64,000 nucleotides of DNA from Obrimoposthia wandeli (Eukaryota): positions 124,001 through 188,000 of the forward strand of contig CDROCS010002642.1 in NCBI GenBank assembly GCA_977020255.1, in the 5' to 3' direction. Below, in pieces: positions 13,501 through 28,500 of the stretch. The notes beneath the pieces are model-generated. The model ran no database searches, was not told the DNA's origin, and saw nothing but the letters and a program-made list of their open reading frames with translations. The number at the start of each line of letters is the position of its first letter. The stretch's first letter is position 1. Position numbers and translations under genes: made by a program.

Positions 13501-16500
13501 GACGACTTGATCCTTCACAAAACGATCCAAAGAGTGTATTGGAATACATTTACACGTCTAAATGTTTAGAAGTATTCCCCAACCTCTCTATAGCTCTTCG
13601 CATACTGCTAACGTTGCCTGTCACAGTTGCTAGTGCTGAAAGAAGCTTTTCAAAGCTAAAAATTATAAAATCATATTTGAGATCACAAATGTGTCAAGAT
13701 CGTTTAGTTGGTCTAGCTACAATTTCTATTGAAAAAGAAATTGCTGATCAATTAGACATGGAAGAATTAGTCAAAGATTTTGCAGAATTAAAAGCAAGGA
13801 AAATTCACTTTTAATTATGATTTGTTTGCGTTATGTTTTATTTTGGTATAAATTGAATTTATTTATGTTTATTTTTGTTTTTATATAATGTTTCTAATTA
13901 AATAAATATATATACATAATTAAGTTTAGGTTATATTGTTTTTCTATTTTTCTTCAATTTTAAAATAATTGAATTTTTTTGGGCGGCAAATATACATCTC
14001 GCCTACACACATAAAAGTTCTAGAACCGGGCCTGAGTATAAGTGTTTTTATATCTCAACCCATTCCACTCAGAGCACAAAAATGTATGTTGAGCCCATTT
14101 GAGAGTCACAGACTTGACACATCCATCTACTTACCGACTGAAATGTTGTTTCAGATTTGTAATAGAAAACACAGAAGTTTACATTTATTTCTGAGGAAGT
14201 TTCCTTCTATGCTCTGTTTACACATGTCAATTTCATACGTTTTAGTTGTCTTTACAAGTTTAAGCTTGAATACAAATTTAAATGTGTGATATCAGTTCCA
14301 CTGCCTTCAAATTCTTTTACTAGTCCCATTGTATTGCTTTCTACATTTTTAGCTACTATATTATTTTTGTTACTAAGTTATGGATTAATTTACTAAACAT
14401 ATGAAGCATGTAATCAGAAAACCTTAATACCACGCTGTACGGGCTTTACTAGACATGTATTGCTTAAATGAACCCCTTTCTCTAAATGCCATATTTACCA
14501 TGCAACCGAATGGAGTAAGATATCTCGGAGTTTGCCCATCTAAAGTTTTAGTGAGCTGTCTGATCTATACAAAGTTATTTTTCTTGCTCTCTTTCTCTTT
14601 TTCATAATATAGAATTCTCAAAAATATGTAAACTGACATAATTTCTGCAAAGAAACTTTGACCTTGAGGACCCAATAGAGAAACTGATGACTCCCTTTTG
14701 ATATATATATACGCCTGTGAATATGAGTAGTTCGATTAGTCTGGATTTCTGAAATTCAATTCCTGTTGATAATTGTTTTCGACACAGGAACTGCGACTAT
14801 CGAATATCTATATCATGAATATAAAGTTAAGTCAGTGATGAGTTTTCAGATTTTTAACAGAGAAACCTTTTTACATTTAATTTTACTATATCAATCAAAC
14901 TTTACTTTTCAAAGTGTTTTCCCTCAAAATGGGCTCTGGGTCAAACATGTCATAAAAGCAACAGCAGAAAAGCAAAACGCTAAATATTTTTATAAACTTC
15001 AAAAAATTGCTATTTGATCATTTTGTTCAATTCTATATTATTATGAAATAGTAAAACATTGAAATATCTTTTAAATATCCTGCGTTATTTCATTTAATTT
15101 GCTTTAAGCTTGAAAACAAAATTTTTGTTTTCGTATTCATAGATCGCCGAGTGAAAATAAATAATTGCCACAACTGAGTTATTTCTTTTGATTATAGTAC
15201 ATTATTTGGTCTTCCTTGTGATAGGACGTACCAAGTAACACGTCAGTTAGTTTTGCTTTGACAATAATCCGATATTTGATCACCGTAAATGTTCTCATTT
15301 ACTAACACTACGATAAAGAAGTCGAGGTAGAGAAGTCGCGAAGTTTCTTTTTTGAGAAATTTCCGCAACAAGAACTTTTTCGTCTCTTTTTGAGGATACA
15401 GAAAAACACTCAGGAAAAATCTAATGACAAGTATAGTAAGATTATTCCCTATCTATTTTGACGAGTAAATGAAAAAAACATATGTATAGTTAATTTCTGT
15501 CTTCAATTCGACCCTCAAATTAGAATTGCAGAATTTGAGTATATTTCTTTGAAATCCAGCGCGACTGTTTTGTTGTTTCGTCAAAAACTTTAAATTTAAA
15601 CTCATAGTTAAATAAGTCGATAAATGAATCTAAATTTCCAGAAAAAATCGTGAATCATTTCAGTTAATTCTTCCTATAAAGAAAAAGAAAATTCATATAA
15701 TTGCTAATAGTTTATATTTATGATTAATAAACTATGTAATTTGGGAGAATTAATCAGAAAAAATTACTTTCGATTGCATGTGTGTGCTGATGTTTCTGGG
15801 TCTACGAAATTCATGATCATCATATGACCTCACAACTAAATAAAATAAACCAACATTTTAATCAATAACAATTTTTCTGTATAATTTCTATGGTGAATTT
15901 ACATTTATGGTAAATGAATTTACGATAAGTGGGGTGAATTAACCGAAAGGATCCAAAAAAGTTAATCATATTTAAAGCAAAAATTTCTGTTAAAAATTCC
16001 GAAAAAGCGAAAATGGCATTTTAAGGATTCAAATAACTGATTATTGGGATAATTAAAAACAAGAGAAACTATTAATTTTAATACTGACTATTTGACTATT
16101 TAGTGCCGCCTATTTGACAAAACCGGATTGTTTTAGTTGTCAATACCAAAGAGAAATATTTCAAAATCTATTCAACCTGTTAACAGACAAAACACGTAAT
16201 TAATCAAATGAAAATCGTTAATAAAACAATAAATCGTACATTCATGTTCTTGGAATTTAACAATAGATATCAGCGTTTCCGACTTAAGAACTATTGAAAT
16301 ATGTATGTAGTTGTTTGGAAAGGTGCGAACGTTAAAACTGTATTGACGAATCTGTTCATTATTAGCTTAAATTTCCTATAGTTAGTACAACCTTCCTAGA
16401 TTGAATAATATAAAATCGAGGTAACTGTTAACCGCATTTCACGAAGCGGAGAATTTGGATTGAACTTAACTTATCAAATAATACTGTGTCTGAGCACGGA

Positions 16501-19500
16501 AAAGTGATTGTGGTAGTAAATTACTACGATGATCTGGTACACTTATTGTAACTTAGTAAGTTAGATTCAGACATTTACTAACAAGGAAACGTACTTTAGG
16601 TGTCATAAAAATTAGGAGTTCGCAATTTGTATAAAAATTATGAAATGAATTCTACATATAAAAGTAATGTCATTATCTGCTAGTTTACAGTATATAAAAA
16701 GTTATCGAAAGAAATATTTATGAGATAAATTTATAAATGTGTTTAAATATATTAAATTATAGAAACACTAACGTGATTATATGAATAAATACCAAATAAA
16801 AATTAATTACCTAAAATATTAAATTGTTATTGGTTTACAATAAAACCTTACCAAATTCCTATTGGATTTAAAATTCGCAACAATATTTCAACTAGTGCGC
16901 TTAAATTTTTGGATTTAAATTATTTCAATTCAACCAAATCATAAAATTAATTTTTTTAAAATTTAATACATATAACTTTTTTATTATAAATAAATAGCAG
17001 CTAAAACTACATTTTTAATTTTGAAATATATTATGTTTATCATATACTAAAATTTCACTGAGTTCTTTTTATGACCGTGCGAAACGTTTCTAAGTAAGTT
17101 TAAAAAATGTAGTTATATGAAATTGTGATCAAATTAAATTTTTTAAAATTTCATATTCATTATTTAGCTTTTAATTAAATTAAGTATTGATTTTGAAACA
17201 ATTATAATTTTCCAATAAATTCAATCAAAAACTTACTAAATATAATTATAATTTTCTAATAAATTCAATCGAAAACTTACTAAATATAATTCTGGAAATT
17301 GAGTTAAAATTCATATGGACAAAATTTTATTTTCTTGTTATAAATATTTTAGCTTTAGTTCCTTTTACTTTCATCTGTCATCTCCTCACTCATGCCATCT
17401 TCTGACTCAGAAACTGAATAATCAATGTATTTAAACAAAATGGACTATTTCACTGCATTCCATGACCCTTTAAACCCTTTCACACATATCTGAAATGGTG
17501 GGCATCTTCCTTCTTTTTTAATTTTAATTAAATTCACAATAAACCCTATAATATTGAAAGTTGGAGTCAATGAATTCAAGAAAATTGTCCATACTTCTAT
17601 CAATAAGAGATTTTCGTGGGATTATTGAAACTGGCATATAAGCTGCACATTCCAGGTCTATTGTCGATTTATCAACCATCGTATTTTTTGGGATTATATT
17701 GAAATTCTTAAATTTTCTTCTTTTCGTAGAATATTTTTAATTTAAACAACTGCACTATAACTAGCTTATATTAATGGTTATCAATATATCAATTTATGTG
17801 TTACACTTGACTAAGTCGGTGTGCAGCTTTATAAAATAATATCAATTGGTATAAATAGTATTAGCATTACTAGAAAGTTTCGAGACTTATAAATGTACTC
17901 TGTCACTTTTGTTTTATCGAATCAATAAAATAATATTTAATTAAACTCATTTTTAAACTCATATATATATATATATATATGATATTTCTGAAAAGTTGCT
18001 AATAGTACATCGAGAATGATATTGAGTTACCCTCCACATTGTAAATAAGAAACTTCGCGACTTCTCTACCTCGACTTCTTTATCGTAGTGTTAGTAAATG
18101 AGTACAGTGCGAAAGTGTGAGAATTATCTTCTCTTAAAATTTTAATTTGAAAATAATTGTGTCTTCAAGTACCTCAAAATTTAACAGATTATTGAAAGAA
18201 AGCAAAGGGTTAATTGCGCATTTTTCTAGAAATGTATGACCAAACCCCACTTAATGCACTCCTGTAAATATGTTTAATTGAACATGTGTATGACATTTCT
18301 CATCATATGACAATCAGACACTGAGCTGCGCCTTTTAAATAGAACCCCACAATTAGTTGTAACAGCTAAGAATAACTTGTTATCAATTTATTTTAGTGGT
18401 AATAAATACTTTTCATGGGAATGGACATCTAAAGAGGAAATTTTAATACTGAATTTTACTTCAATTTCGTTAAAATGTCTCGAGATAAATTTGGTTTGGA
18501 AATATTTCCAAACCAAATTTTGTGCTAACATGTTAATGCCCCATTTCTACCATTTATGTTACGCCTGAACGAAGGTCGTTTCGTAGAAAAACGTTTGTTA
18601 TTGAATGTGGCAAAGACTTAACTGTTATGTAGAACCTGATGTATGTGTAAAAAAATATTAAAGGGTCTTCATTTTATTAGTGCGGAGACTTTCCAGTCAT
18701 TTATAATTCAGGTTTGGGATACTGCAACTGAAGCCCTAAAAGTCAGATATAATGAAACACAGGAAAAAAATGGATAGTTGCATTGTCAAATTTACTAAGA
18801 TTAACAAAAGAAAAAAAGGATTTCTAAAGTTTTATGTCGAAAAATTTCAAAGTATTTTTTAAAATAAGAAGTTAATATCAGTATTATATTATAGTAAATA
18901 ATTACATATTATGTAGGGAGGATAAGTGACTGACGAATATCTCGATATTTTTTGTTACAAAAAAATTAAACAATAATCAATATAATCAAAGAAAAATATT
19001 ACTTGTAAAAGCAACATTCGACACAACATCATTTAACCGCCGGCATTACCAACCACGGATGAATTCTTTCATTTAACGAAAACCTTCCCTTTATTAAACA
19101 GATCCGACATGCAAGCCTCACACAATTGTCGAAAAGATAGAGGTTGTTAAACTATCCATCAGTAAGTTTTATCAGCGACACTTTAACATCAATGACATAA
19201 CGTTATATTAAAAATGCCTGTATTATTCAAATCTCGGTATTCAACAGAAAAGAACTGATCTTAAGTTATCTAAGTTAAGGATCAAAAGAATAGCAAGTTA
19301 TGGTTCTGGAGGTATACTATTTTCATATCTTAATTGATATTGTTGAGGGTAAAAAATTAATTAAATTTCTCTACTCAATAAACCACTATTTACCTCGGAA
19401 CAGGCATTTAGTGGATTAAGACGACATAGGAATTGGTTAAGAACCACAATCAGAAACGATTGAGTGTATCAGCTGTGTTATTGTACCACAACGAATTGAT

Positions 19501-22500
19501 TAAAAATATTTGATGTGTACTGCTAACAATATTTGATGAAAAGTATCTAGCTTATTTTTTAGTATGAAATTGTAAGTAGTCCTGTAGACATAATTTACTA
19601 TCCCGAACAATTGTGACGTAGACCTGCCTTCAGGTATAAAAAGAAGTTATAATTTGCATCATATATCAGTGGTCTCAAAATAGTTGCTTGCAATTTAACT
19701 TTTCAGTACGAAATATTACTTCTGGATAATGTTATGGATACAGTGTAACTATCGAAATTTTGTGGTGCTAGTTGAATAAGTTGAAATCGAGGATTAAATC
19801 CTTTTGTAATATAAATATAAACTTATATAAATTTTTTTAAAAACTTGAAACAATTGACCTATTAACTGGTTCAGATTTAGTCTTGAAGCTTCTGTTATGA
19901 CTAAATATAAATTTGAAGTTAAACTTCCCAGGAATTTCGAGGAGATTGTACGCTACTGCGAGACAATGAAGACAAGTATTCCACTGTCGTTTCTGTTGGG
20001 TTTCTTCGTTGCGGGAGTTGTGGAGCGGTGGTGGATGATGTTCATGGCTATTCCTTGGCTTAACCGAATGGCTTTTCTGGCCGATGTGAGTTTCTCTTTT
20101 TGGGGAACCTTTGAGAACATTGCTAGACTTAATGTAGCAGACCAAGCATGATATATCACAGTCAATACTACATATAAATACAGTAGAACCCCTATAACTC
20201 GCAAAGCAGGACAAGTTTCAATATGTGGGTAACTATTTGTAGTAGGTGACAATAGGATCATTGGTGGTATATGAGTCTATCAATAGAATCAGACTCAGAT
20301 ATTGGCAAGGATGAAGAAGAAAATCAACATTATCTACAGATACTGAAAGAAAGGTATGTCTTTCTATTTTATCGAGCTGGGTTTTATTAAAGTTCAATGT
20401 GGAAGGAGCTTATATTAAATCACTGGCTAAACTGAATTACTTCATTTTAGAATAGACAGTTTCAGCAAGGAAACTCACAGTAATCATTGACATTTTAAAA
20501 CCTAGATAATTAGTAATACATATACTTGAAGTTATAATGTAAAAATGCAGATTTTCATTTATCATTTTTAAAATTTATGGAATGTTTTAAAATTTCTTAA
20601 TTTTTTGATACGTCAAAGCGGTTATTGAGTCAGATTTATGAGATCCTATAGTGACAGTTGACTGTATGCCGAAGCTTGGATGACTCGTGATTTTTACAAC
20701 AAAAGTTAGAAGACATTTACATAAATTTGGTTAAAAAAAGTTAAAAGTTTAAAAATTTATTATGAAAACAGAGTAAAATACCAAACATATCCCGTAGACT
20801 TCAATAGTACGTTTCTAATAATATACTTGTGTGCTTTTTTGTACTTTGTTTTAATTCATCTTTTTAAAGAAAGCATTCAAACATTTCCATATATCGTTTT
20901 AATTAGATGTATATGAGTTTTTTCTTACTTTCTGGTTACATAAATTGACAGTTTTTTAGTCGAATTTTTCTGATTGTACCTTGAAGTTCGAGGCATACTT
21001 GTTTTTCTAAAGCTATAAAGAAACAATTATTTAGAATTATTTATCAGTAGTTCTCCACTTTCCCCTTCTCTTCAATAAACAAAAATGTACTAAAATTTTA
21101 ATGAGATTTTTGGACTTGATTTGCTTTCAAGATAGAAAATATTTGTTTTAGCTAGAAGGTTGTAAGGCTTCAGTTTTCAAATAATGTCGTCGCCTTCTTG
21201 AGCTTCTATGGGAACTTCATTTACTTGACGTTGAGAAGTATTTCTGGTTAGTTTAGCACAGGGGCTGTTATGCAGAATTACAAAATAAATTAATGTGAAT
21301 ACCCGGGATTGTGATATCAGAAACAAACTTTTAAATATTTTAAAATCAATCAGCTTTCGCAATCAAGATTCGACAGTGATGATAGTAAATAGAAACCGAA
21401 TATATTATTAGGTGTGATCGTTTATGAATCTCGTAGTGTGTGTGTGTGAAAACTGGAAGATGAAACGAAATACTGGAATATTTCATATCATGATCACGAT
21501 AATCTGTTTCAACGAAAAAGGGATGTTTCTCTGACTTAGGCATATCTGAATCAACACTAACCTCTCAGGATTTTTTTTGATAATCCTTTGTTTGGAGAGC
21601 GGTAAATTATAAGACACGCCTTTTTTCCATTATGTATGAAATATCACTAACGTTATAAAAGTTTTAAAAAAATTTAAAACGTTTCGTTATACATAACAAA
21701 TTCATAAATGAATATTAACAAATAATAAAAATACCTATTTCATAATTTATTTGATTATTTTTTATGATAAGATTTCTGCTGTTCTATCAGAAAATGGTAA
21801 TAGAATATATGTTAGCTGAGTTTTAATCAAGTTTACCAATGTGACATTGCGTCTTAACAAGTGGAAAAAATTCTTTACTTTACATTTTTAAACTACTAAA
21901 AACTCTTTTAAATAAAGAGGCCACTGTACAAACATTTCAAATCAGAATTATTTCCAACGCCAAACATTTATTTCATGATGTAAAATCATTAAACCTTAGC
22001 AGGATGATAAAGTATTACCATTAAAACATGAAACCAATTTTGTCAAAGAAGCTGTTAAATAAATTTAGTTTTTATAGTTACTTATGGGTTATTTATGGCA
22101 ACTAAATAATGCTTTATTCTCAGAGTCGTTGTAAAAATTCCACTTAGAAACTTTGCCTTACAAGTTACATCCTCATACAATTTCGCCTGCACTGATTCTT
22201 AACTCAGAATTTACCAATATTTCGATAACCAATTTTTCCAATTAATACAGTTTTTCTATGGCCCCACCACCGCCAAAATGTATTGTTAGATTTTCAAGTT
22301 CTTTCTTGTACAAGTTACAATTTTCAAATTCGCATAAATTTCTTGGCCGACCTTTTTTATATACTGTGCCTGAAACAATTTTCTAAATATTCTCAGTTAT
22401 ATCCCGGTCTCAAAACCCTAGTTGACAATTGAAATAGTCGTGACTTTAATCTTTCTGTGATCTCATTAATATACAAAAATGTTTTGGGGAGATCAGGCCC

Positions 22501-25500
22501 CATATGATAATTCCACATTAACACCATTGACTTACTTTATAGTAACTATTCTTCATTTAAGTTCACCTAAATGTACAAAAAGAAGGTAAACATTTAAATA
22601 GTTAAATAAAATACCAATTATGAGGCCATCCAACAATTCTTATAAATATCCACTAATCATATTGATTGGATTTTATATTTCATTTGAATAAAATTCTTAA
22701 ATGTTAATTAACAATTGTTTCTGCCTTTGACTGAAATTTTAAACATTAATTTATAACGCGTGATCGTAAAATCACAAATATTTGTAACATATTTAATGCA
22801 CCAAAATCGAAAAGAAATTAAAGAGCACTTCCAAAATTACTCAAAACTCATCGATAAGAAATGCACCCTGGATTCTTAATTATTGATGTGGGTCTGTTCA
22901 GAAAGTTATAAATCTCGACTTGAAATTCTAGTCCCGTAAACTTCTCGTCACAACAGAGTTGCACTTCGAATTCACATGTGTGAAATGTTATCAGAAAAAA
23001 CAATAAAAAATTAAAACGCACCAGAGGTTCAAGTTCAAAAATTAAGGTGAGGATGGTGATGCCGAGCACAACGTTGAAAAAATGCCAATGAAGCCAACTA
23101 TCTGATCATTTTACGGCAGTTGTTTATTCCAACATTGACTAATCATATCATCAACTGTGCTGTTTTCTAACAAGATGAGGCAACTGCACATTTTGCACAA
23201 ACAGTTAGAGATCTTTTAAACATGGCTTTGCACGAACGATGAAAATACCCAATAATGTTGGCTGCAATGTATCCTTGTAAATAGTCAATGTATATGTAAA
23301 TAGTCAAAATCACTTAAACGGAAATTAAAAGCAACGCACAATTCCTAAAATGGAAAACAATTGAGTCTTGACAGATTAGTAAAACAACATCAGAAAAAAA
23401 TACAGTTTCTTAAATTATCGTGTACAAATAAATTGACTACTGGTTAATACCAAATTTAAATTACAACATTCTTTTAATTATTCAGAACAATATAGTATAT
23501 GAGAAACCGAGTTATTTGATGGACTTTTATTCTACTTTAACATACACAACCGCTTTCTGACGACCTTTCTTAAAAGAATTAAGTAATATTCATAGGATAA
23601 ATTACAAAGTAAATGTTTTACACTTATGGAAGCCATAAAAATTAGGAAAATAGTTCTCAAAAAGTCTAAATATTGATCTATTGATCCTGTTCAATACAAA
23701 GTAGTCTGAAAAAGAAAGATAATAATAAAGTACTCTTAGGTATAGGAAATTGCTAGAATATTCCTATAATGTCGAAGAAAGATTGAAACATTGTGACATC
23801 TGAAAATAAATTATTTGGAGTAAATCGTTCAAAAAAAGAAGTCTCGTACATGTCAATGAACGTATTCTTAATTTAAAACTAAAATAAAAAAACATTGGTA
23901 GCGTCCTCAATGAAAATATTACAAAAGACTGTCAAATTAAAAAAGTGATAAGAACATACAACATTCGGTGGGGTGGCTTTAGGGATGGGAACGTAGAAAG
24001 ATGTGCGCCCCCAAAAAAAATTTCAAAATGTTTCCGACTTTTTAAATGCACTTTTACATTTTGACTATAGATATAATAAACAAACCTCTCAAACAGCCAC
24101 GATCTTCCACTAATTGAAATTGATGCATCCACTCTTGAGACATCTCAAAAGGATTCGTCTAATAAGAAAATATTTAACTACTCGGATGACTACAATGCCA
24201 ACGAATCCGATCTTAACCTTCGATCATTACAAACTGATCAATTCCAGAATTGTATTCAAGATCATATTTATTATCAAAAATATATTCTCTCACAAAAGTC
24301 GAATCATTATTAATGAATAATTAATATGAAATTATATTTCTAAAATAGAAAATAATAATACTGAAATAGTTATTGAAATGAAATGAACACAATTGGAGAC
24401 GAGTGAAAATACAACAGAGGCTATATTATTTGAATCTAAGAATAACATAAATAGTTAAAAAATAAAAATGAGTTTTACTCATGATGGTGAAAATATTATT
24501 AATTTGTAAAGTAAAATAAAGAACATTAATTGCGTCATCAAAGAATATTTTTTTAAAAATTCATAAAATAATATGAAGAATAATGGAAAACAGGTGATAT
24601 ATTTATTGGTGATATCAAAGTACAATAAATTACATAAAGTTTCAATCCAAAAATCATCTCAAAAAATGCTTTGACGGCATATGAAGGATGTGTGATCATT
24701 AGATTCTTGTGCTAAGTACATATATGTTATTTTATCTTATTTAAACTTGTATTGATTAAACAAGGGAATTGTTCATTGTGTGATCGGTACATATAAAGTG
24801 ATAATATGCCCAGTGTTGCACACATTAAAGATATAGTATTCCTCACATCTTCCGGTTTTCTTTGGTGTAGGGCGCTATAGTCGGTCAGACCTCAGAGCGA
24901 GTGCGCAAGATGAAAATGATCCTGATGCGCTACCTGGTGTTGTCGTGGATACTCCTGATGCGCCAGATCAGCAAGCAAATCCAAGAAAGATTCTCCAAGA
25001 AGCTCGTAGACAGTACAGAAGAGTATTCCGTACGCGAGATTCTCGTGAATCTGAATCGCGATCGAAGTGAGTATCTCACAGTTAATCTAGCTTTTCTGTG
25101 AATATGTACAGTTAATTCCATTACTATACACTCTTTATCAAACTTACTTGCTTATAAAAATTTTAAACTTCCGTTTACTGGGACTTCAATGGACCCTTTC
25201 GGTTCTAACATTGTTGGCTATAACGAATAATTTTTGTGAAATATTTCAGATGTATACAACAATTTGTGTCCCCTCAGCTCCATTCTTATCAAGGTGATAC
25301 CCATCGAAATATAATTGGCACATCACTGTTTGCCTATCAGGCTAAGTCACCCATTGTATCCAGCCACTCAAAGAAATAGAAGATCATCCTTCTCTCGTCA
25401 ACTCTGTACATTGACCAATCTATCAACGAATACGTTAATCTTGAGATCATCACATACTACAATCTCACAAAGATTGGAGTGGATACGATGGAACAAAAGG

Positions 25501-28500
25501 TCAGAAACTACACATGCTACCAAACGAGTCCATGGTGGCCCATGGTACCTTTCTACGATATCATTTAGACGAATACTTGGAGAAGAACTAATCTGGCCTA
25601 TAATGATCCAGCCGACTATATCCAGCTCAATCAGCCGACCACATCACCCCTAGAGGAATTAGGATTCGTTTTTGAACAACAAGTACAAAGCTACCCAAGT
25701 AGGCGGAAGTGAGCCACAAGCGGCCGCCCTAGCGATAACTAAAAAAATGTCGGGCAAATTTCAAAAACGCACTATAGTACTTCTTTTTTCTAAGATCAAT
25801 GTGAAAGTAGGTCAAATTTTGTTATAGTACATATGATTTTGAAGGTTAAATTCATAATTATCTCACTCGCGGCTGTTTTTAGGTGATTTTAGTCTAAATT
25901 TAGGCGTTTTTTGTTTAAAAGCATTAAATTGTTATGCACGAAAATTTTAAAACATACTATAATACATTTATTTTTTAAAGATAATTATCAGTGAAGGTCA
26001 CATTTTGTTATAGTGCATATGATTTAATAGTCAAGATTCTAATCATATTATATTTTATTCATTTTTAAATATGTTTTTTGTTTTACTTAATCAATTTCAG
26101 TAAGCGGGATTTCAAAAGTGTGTCAATTTTTTGTAAAAACATTGTGTTAAATCTTTTGTAAATTATTTTCGTTGTAAACGTTTTGTTTTAAATACTTTAT
26201 TGTTGTTAAATCTTTGATAAAAACATTCCGTTGTAAAATCTTTTGTAAACAACTTTTCGTTATTTAAAATCACTTAAAGCATATATGTTAAGAAAATATT
26301 GTCCTCTGAATATTGAACTGATTTGGTTGATTTATTTTATTGCATACATTCTCCAGAAATTCAGGCTACATTCCGGAAAATAATCACGGACTCCGAGATT
26401 CGTGCGTTTGAGCACATTGCAGCACAGAACTTTGCCCGTGGAGGTGGTAGCAACAGCGGTGCTGACGGGGGTGGTCGGTGCCGGGATCGATACGTACCGG
26501 AGTACTGGATACCCTTGCAGTGGGCATCACGTCTACTACAGAAGGGGCTCCTGAATGGCTACATTGTGGACATGCGCACCACTGTGAAGCTGATAGAGGA
26601 GCTCGATAATTTGCGAGGCCAGATGCACCATTTGCGAATGTTGTGCGGCATCATGATCCCCTTGGTCTACACTCAGGTGAACTCACAATACACTCAGCAA
26701 GATTTTAAAAATTAAAATATATCTAAGAAAAATTAAATGTTTTAAAAATGAGTTGATTATTTTCAAATTGATGTGGATTTTGAATATTCGGGGTTTGTGG
26801 AATGATAATTTTTGGTCAGATATATTTCTGTAAACCTGCTAATCAATCACCAAAGATACATCGTTTGATATATGGAAAATCCTATAAAAATCTTAACTAA
26901 ATCACTGCATCCTCAAATACCATAGTTATAAGCTGACTATTTTCTTTATTATACAAACGTTAATCTATTTTACAGCCTCGCTTTGAGGATATATTTTATG
27001 GAGTTAAGATACGTTGCAAAATATAGTGAGTTTCATTTCAGAATGACACTGCTCCTTCTTATTTTTCAAACCAATGCCTACACATTATTTTTCAGCAACT
27101 TCCGGAGAATCGAGTTATTGAAATATTTTATGATATTCTTTGACCACCAATATCCGTTGACCTTCATGCGGAACATTAAAGACATACATCTTTCATACAT
27201 TTAAACCAAACAAACCAGCTGAGCTATGAATTCAAGATAATTGATGTAGGTGAATTTCACAGATATGCTCAAAATTCGATAACATTGAAGATTTGTTGTG
27301 AATTTTATAAACTCTTCATCTCTGAATGTTTGATGTATTCAATTTTGTTTCATTTGTTTATACAAATGTCGTGTATTTTAAACTCTAGTAACTCTTAAAA
27401 TACTACTTAAATATGTTTTACGTTGATAAATTACAGATGCGTAATAATGTTATGAAAACAATAAATAAAACAAAAAACTCCATCCACTAAACAGTGTTAA
27501 ATAACTGCGAATGGATGCACTGCTCGAAGAAACAGAACGTGAGTACGGAGTAAAGCTTTCATGAACACAAAAATATAGGCCAACCAGTAACTTGACTTGG
27601 AAATTTAAGTTTGAGCTATCGAAAGGATTGTGTAAAACACTCACAGGCGATCTAACCACTGAAGAATGTTATTGGGTGGATTCTTGAAAGAAAATAATGT
27701 CACACCTTTCGTCGTTATTTGGTAATGGTCTGTGGTAAAGATTTGGTTATGTACGAAGTGTGACTAAAAATTTGTGAACATATTTGATTCATGTGTTATA
27801 TTTTATATACATATTTATGTACAGGAGGGTATAGATAAAATAGGCATTTCTTGAAATAACCAAAGTTTCCTAGTAATCCAGACGAGTAATTGTGTTGATA
27901 ATTAAAAAATGGCTCCATAAATGTTCGAACTTGAAAAGCCCTCGTCGGTTTATTATTTGACTAATTTGTTAATTTCACTAAAAACCAAATAAAAAATATA
28001 AATTCCAAACATGTATTTATCATAAAAATTAATCATTTAGATTATTAAAACGATGAATACGGTTATTATTAAGGTATCCAATGTTTTCACATGACGCATT
28101 TCGTCGTTTAGCAAAGTAAATATACGATCAGCTATTTCATCAGTAAAAAGTTCTTTTTCGACATTTGTACAGTCATTTTTTAAGAAAACTTTCTTAGATT
28201 GTCAACTAGTTTTAAATCTTCCAAATTGATTTCAGTGCGCAAAGAAAACCACGAAGGAGCCAAAAAATAAACTATGAATTCGTTTATTTGTTTTAAATTT
28301 ATATCGAAAACTAGTTCGGCCATTAGAGAATATATTGCTCTACAGTAATTATTCACCTATAAGGGGTCCCACCTATAAGGGTGTCCGGTCACCGAAAATT
28401 TCACGCTTCACCTATAATAGTACCTTTCCAAGCTTTTAAATAATGCATCTATAAGTGATTCGGTGTCGGTCTCTCTCAAAAACATGTTTTAATGAATACC

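Noticed and set aside
11648-13549. Antisense ORFs over the hAT transposase (and mirrors at 41577-43474)
   Set aside because: Shadow frames of the coding strand; conserved between copies only because the copies are nearly identical.
11268-13814. 848-aa ORF as an intact transposase gene
   Set aside because: It starts at TTG; the true ATG (11200, by comparison with copy 2) is out of frame because of the 28-bp deletion.
19897-20151. Track ORFs at 19897, 24901, 26323, 37283, 46417 and 52383 as separate genes
   Set aside because: They are exons of one bestrophin gene with intronic read-through at their edges.
25315-25653. 112-aa ORF as a host gene or extra bestrophin exon
   Set aside because: An alternative frame carries piggyBac catalytic motifs, and exons 4 and 5 join in phase without it.
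26800-27300. Helitron Rep remnant on the minus strand
   Set aside because: Only faint motif resemblance; not enough to support a call without a search.
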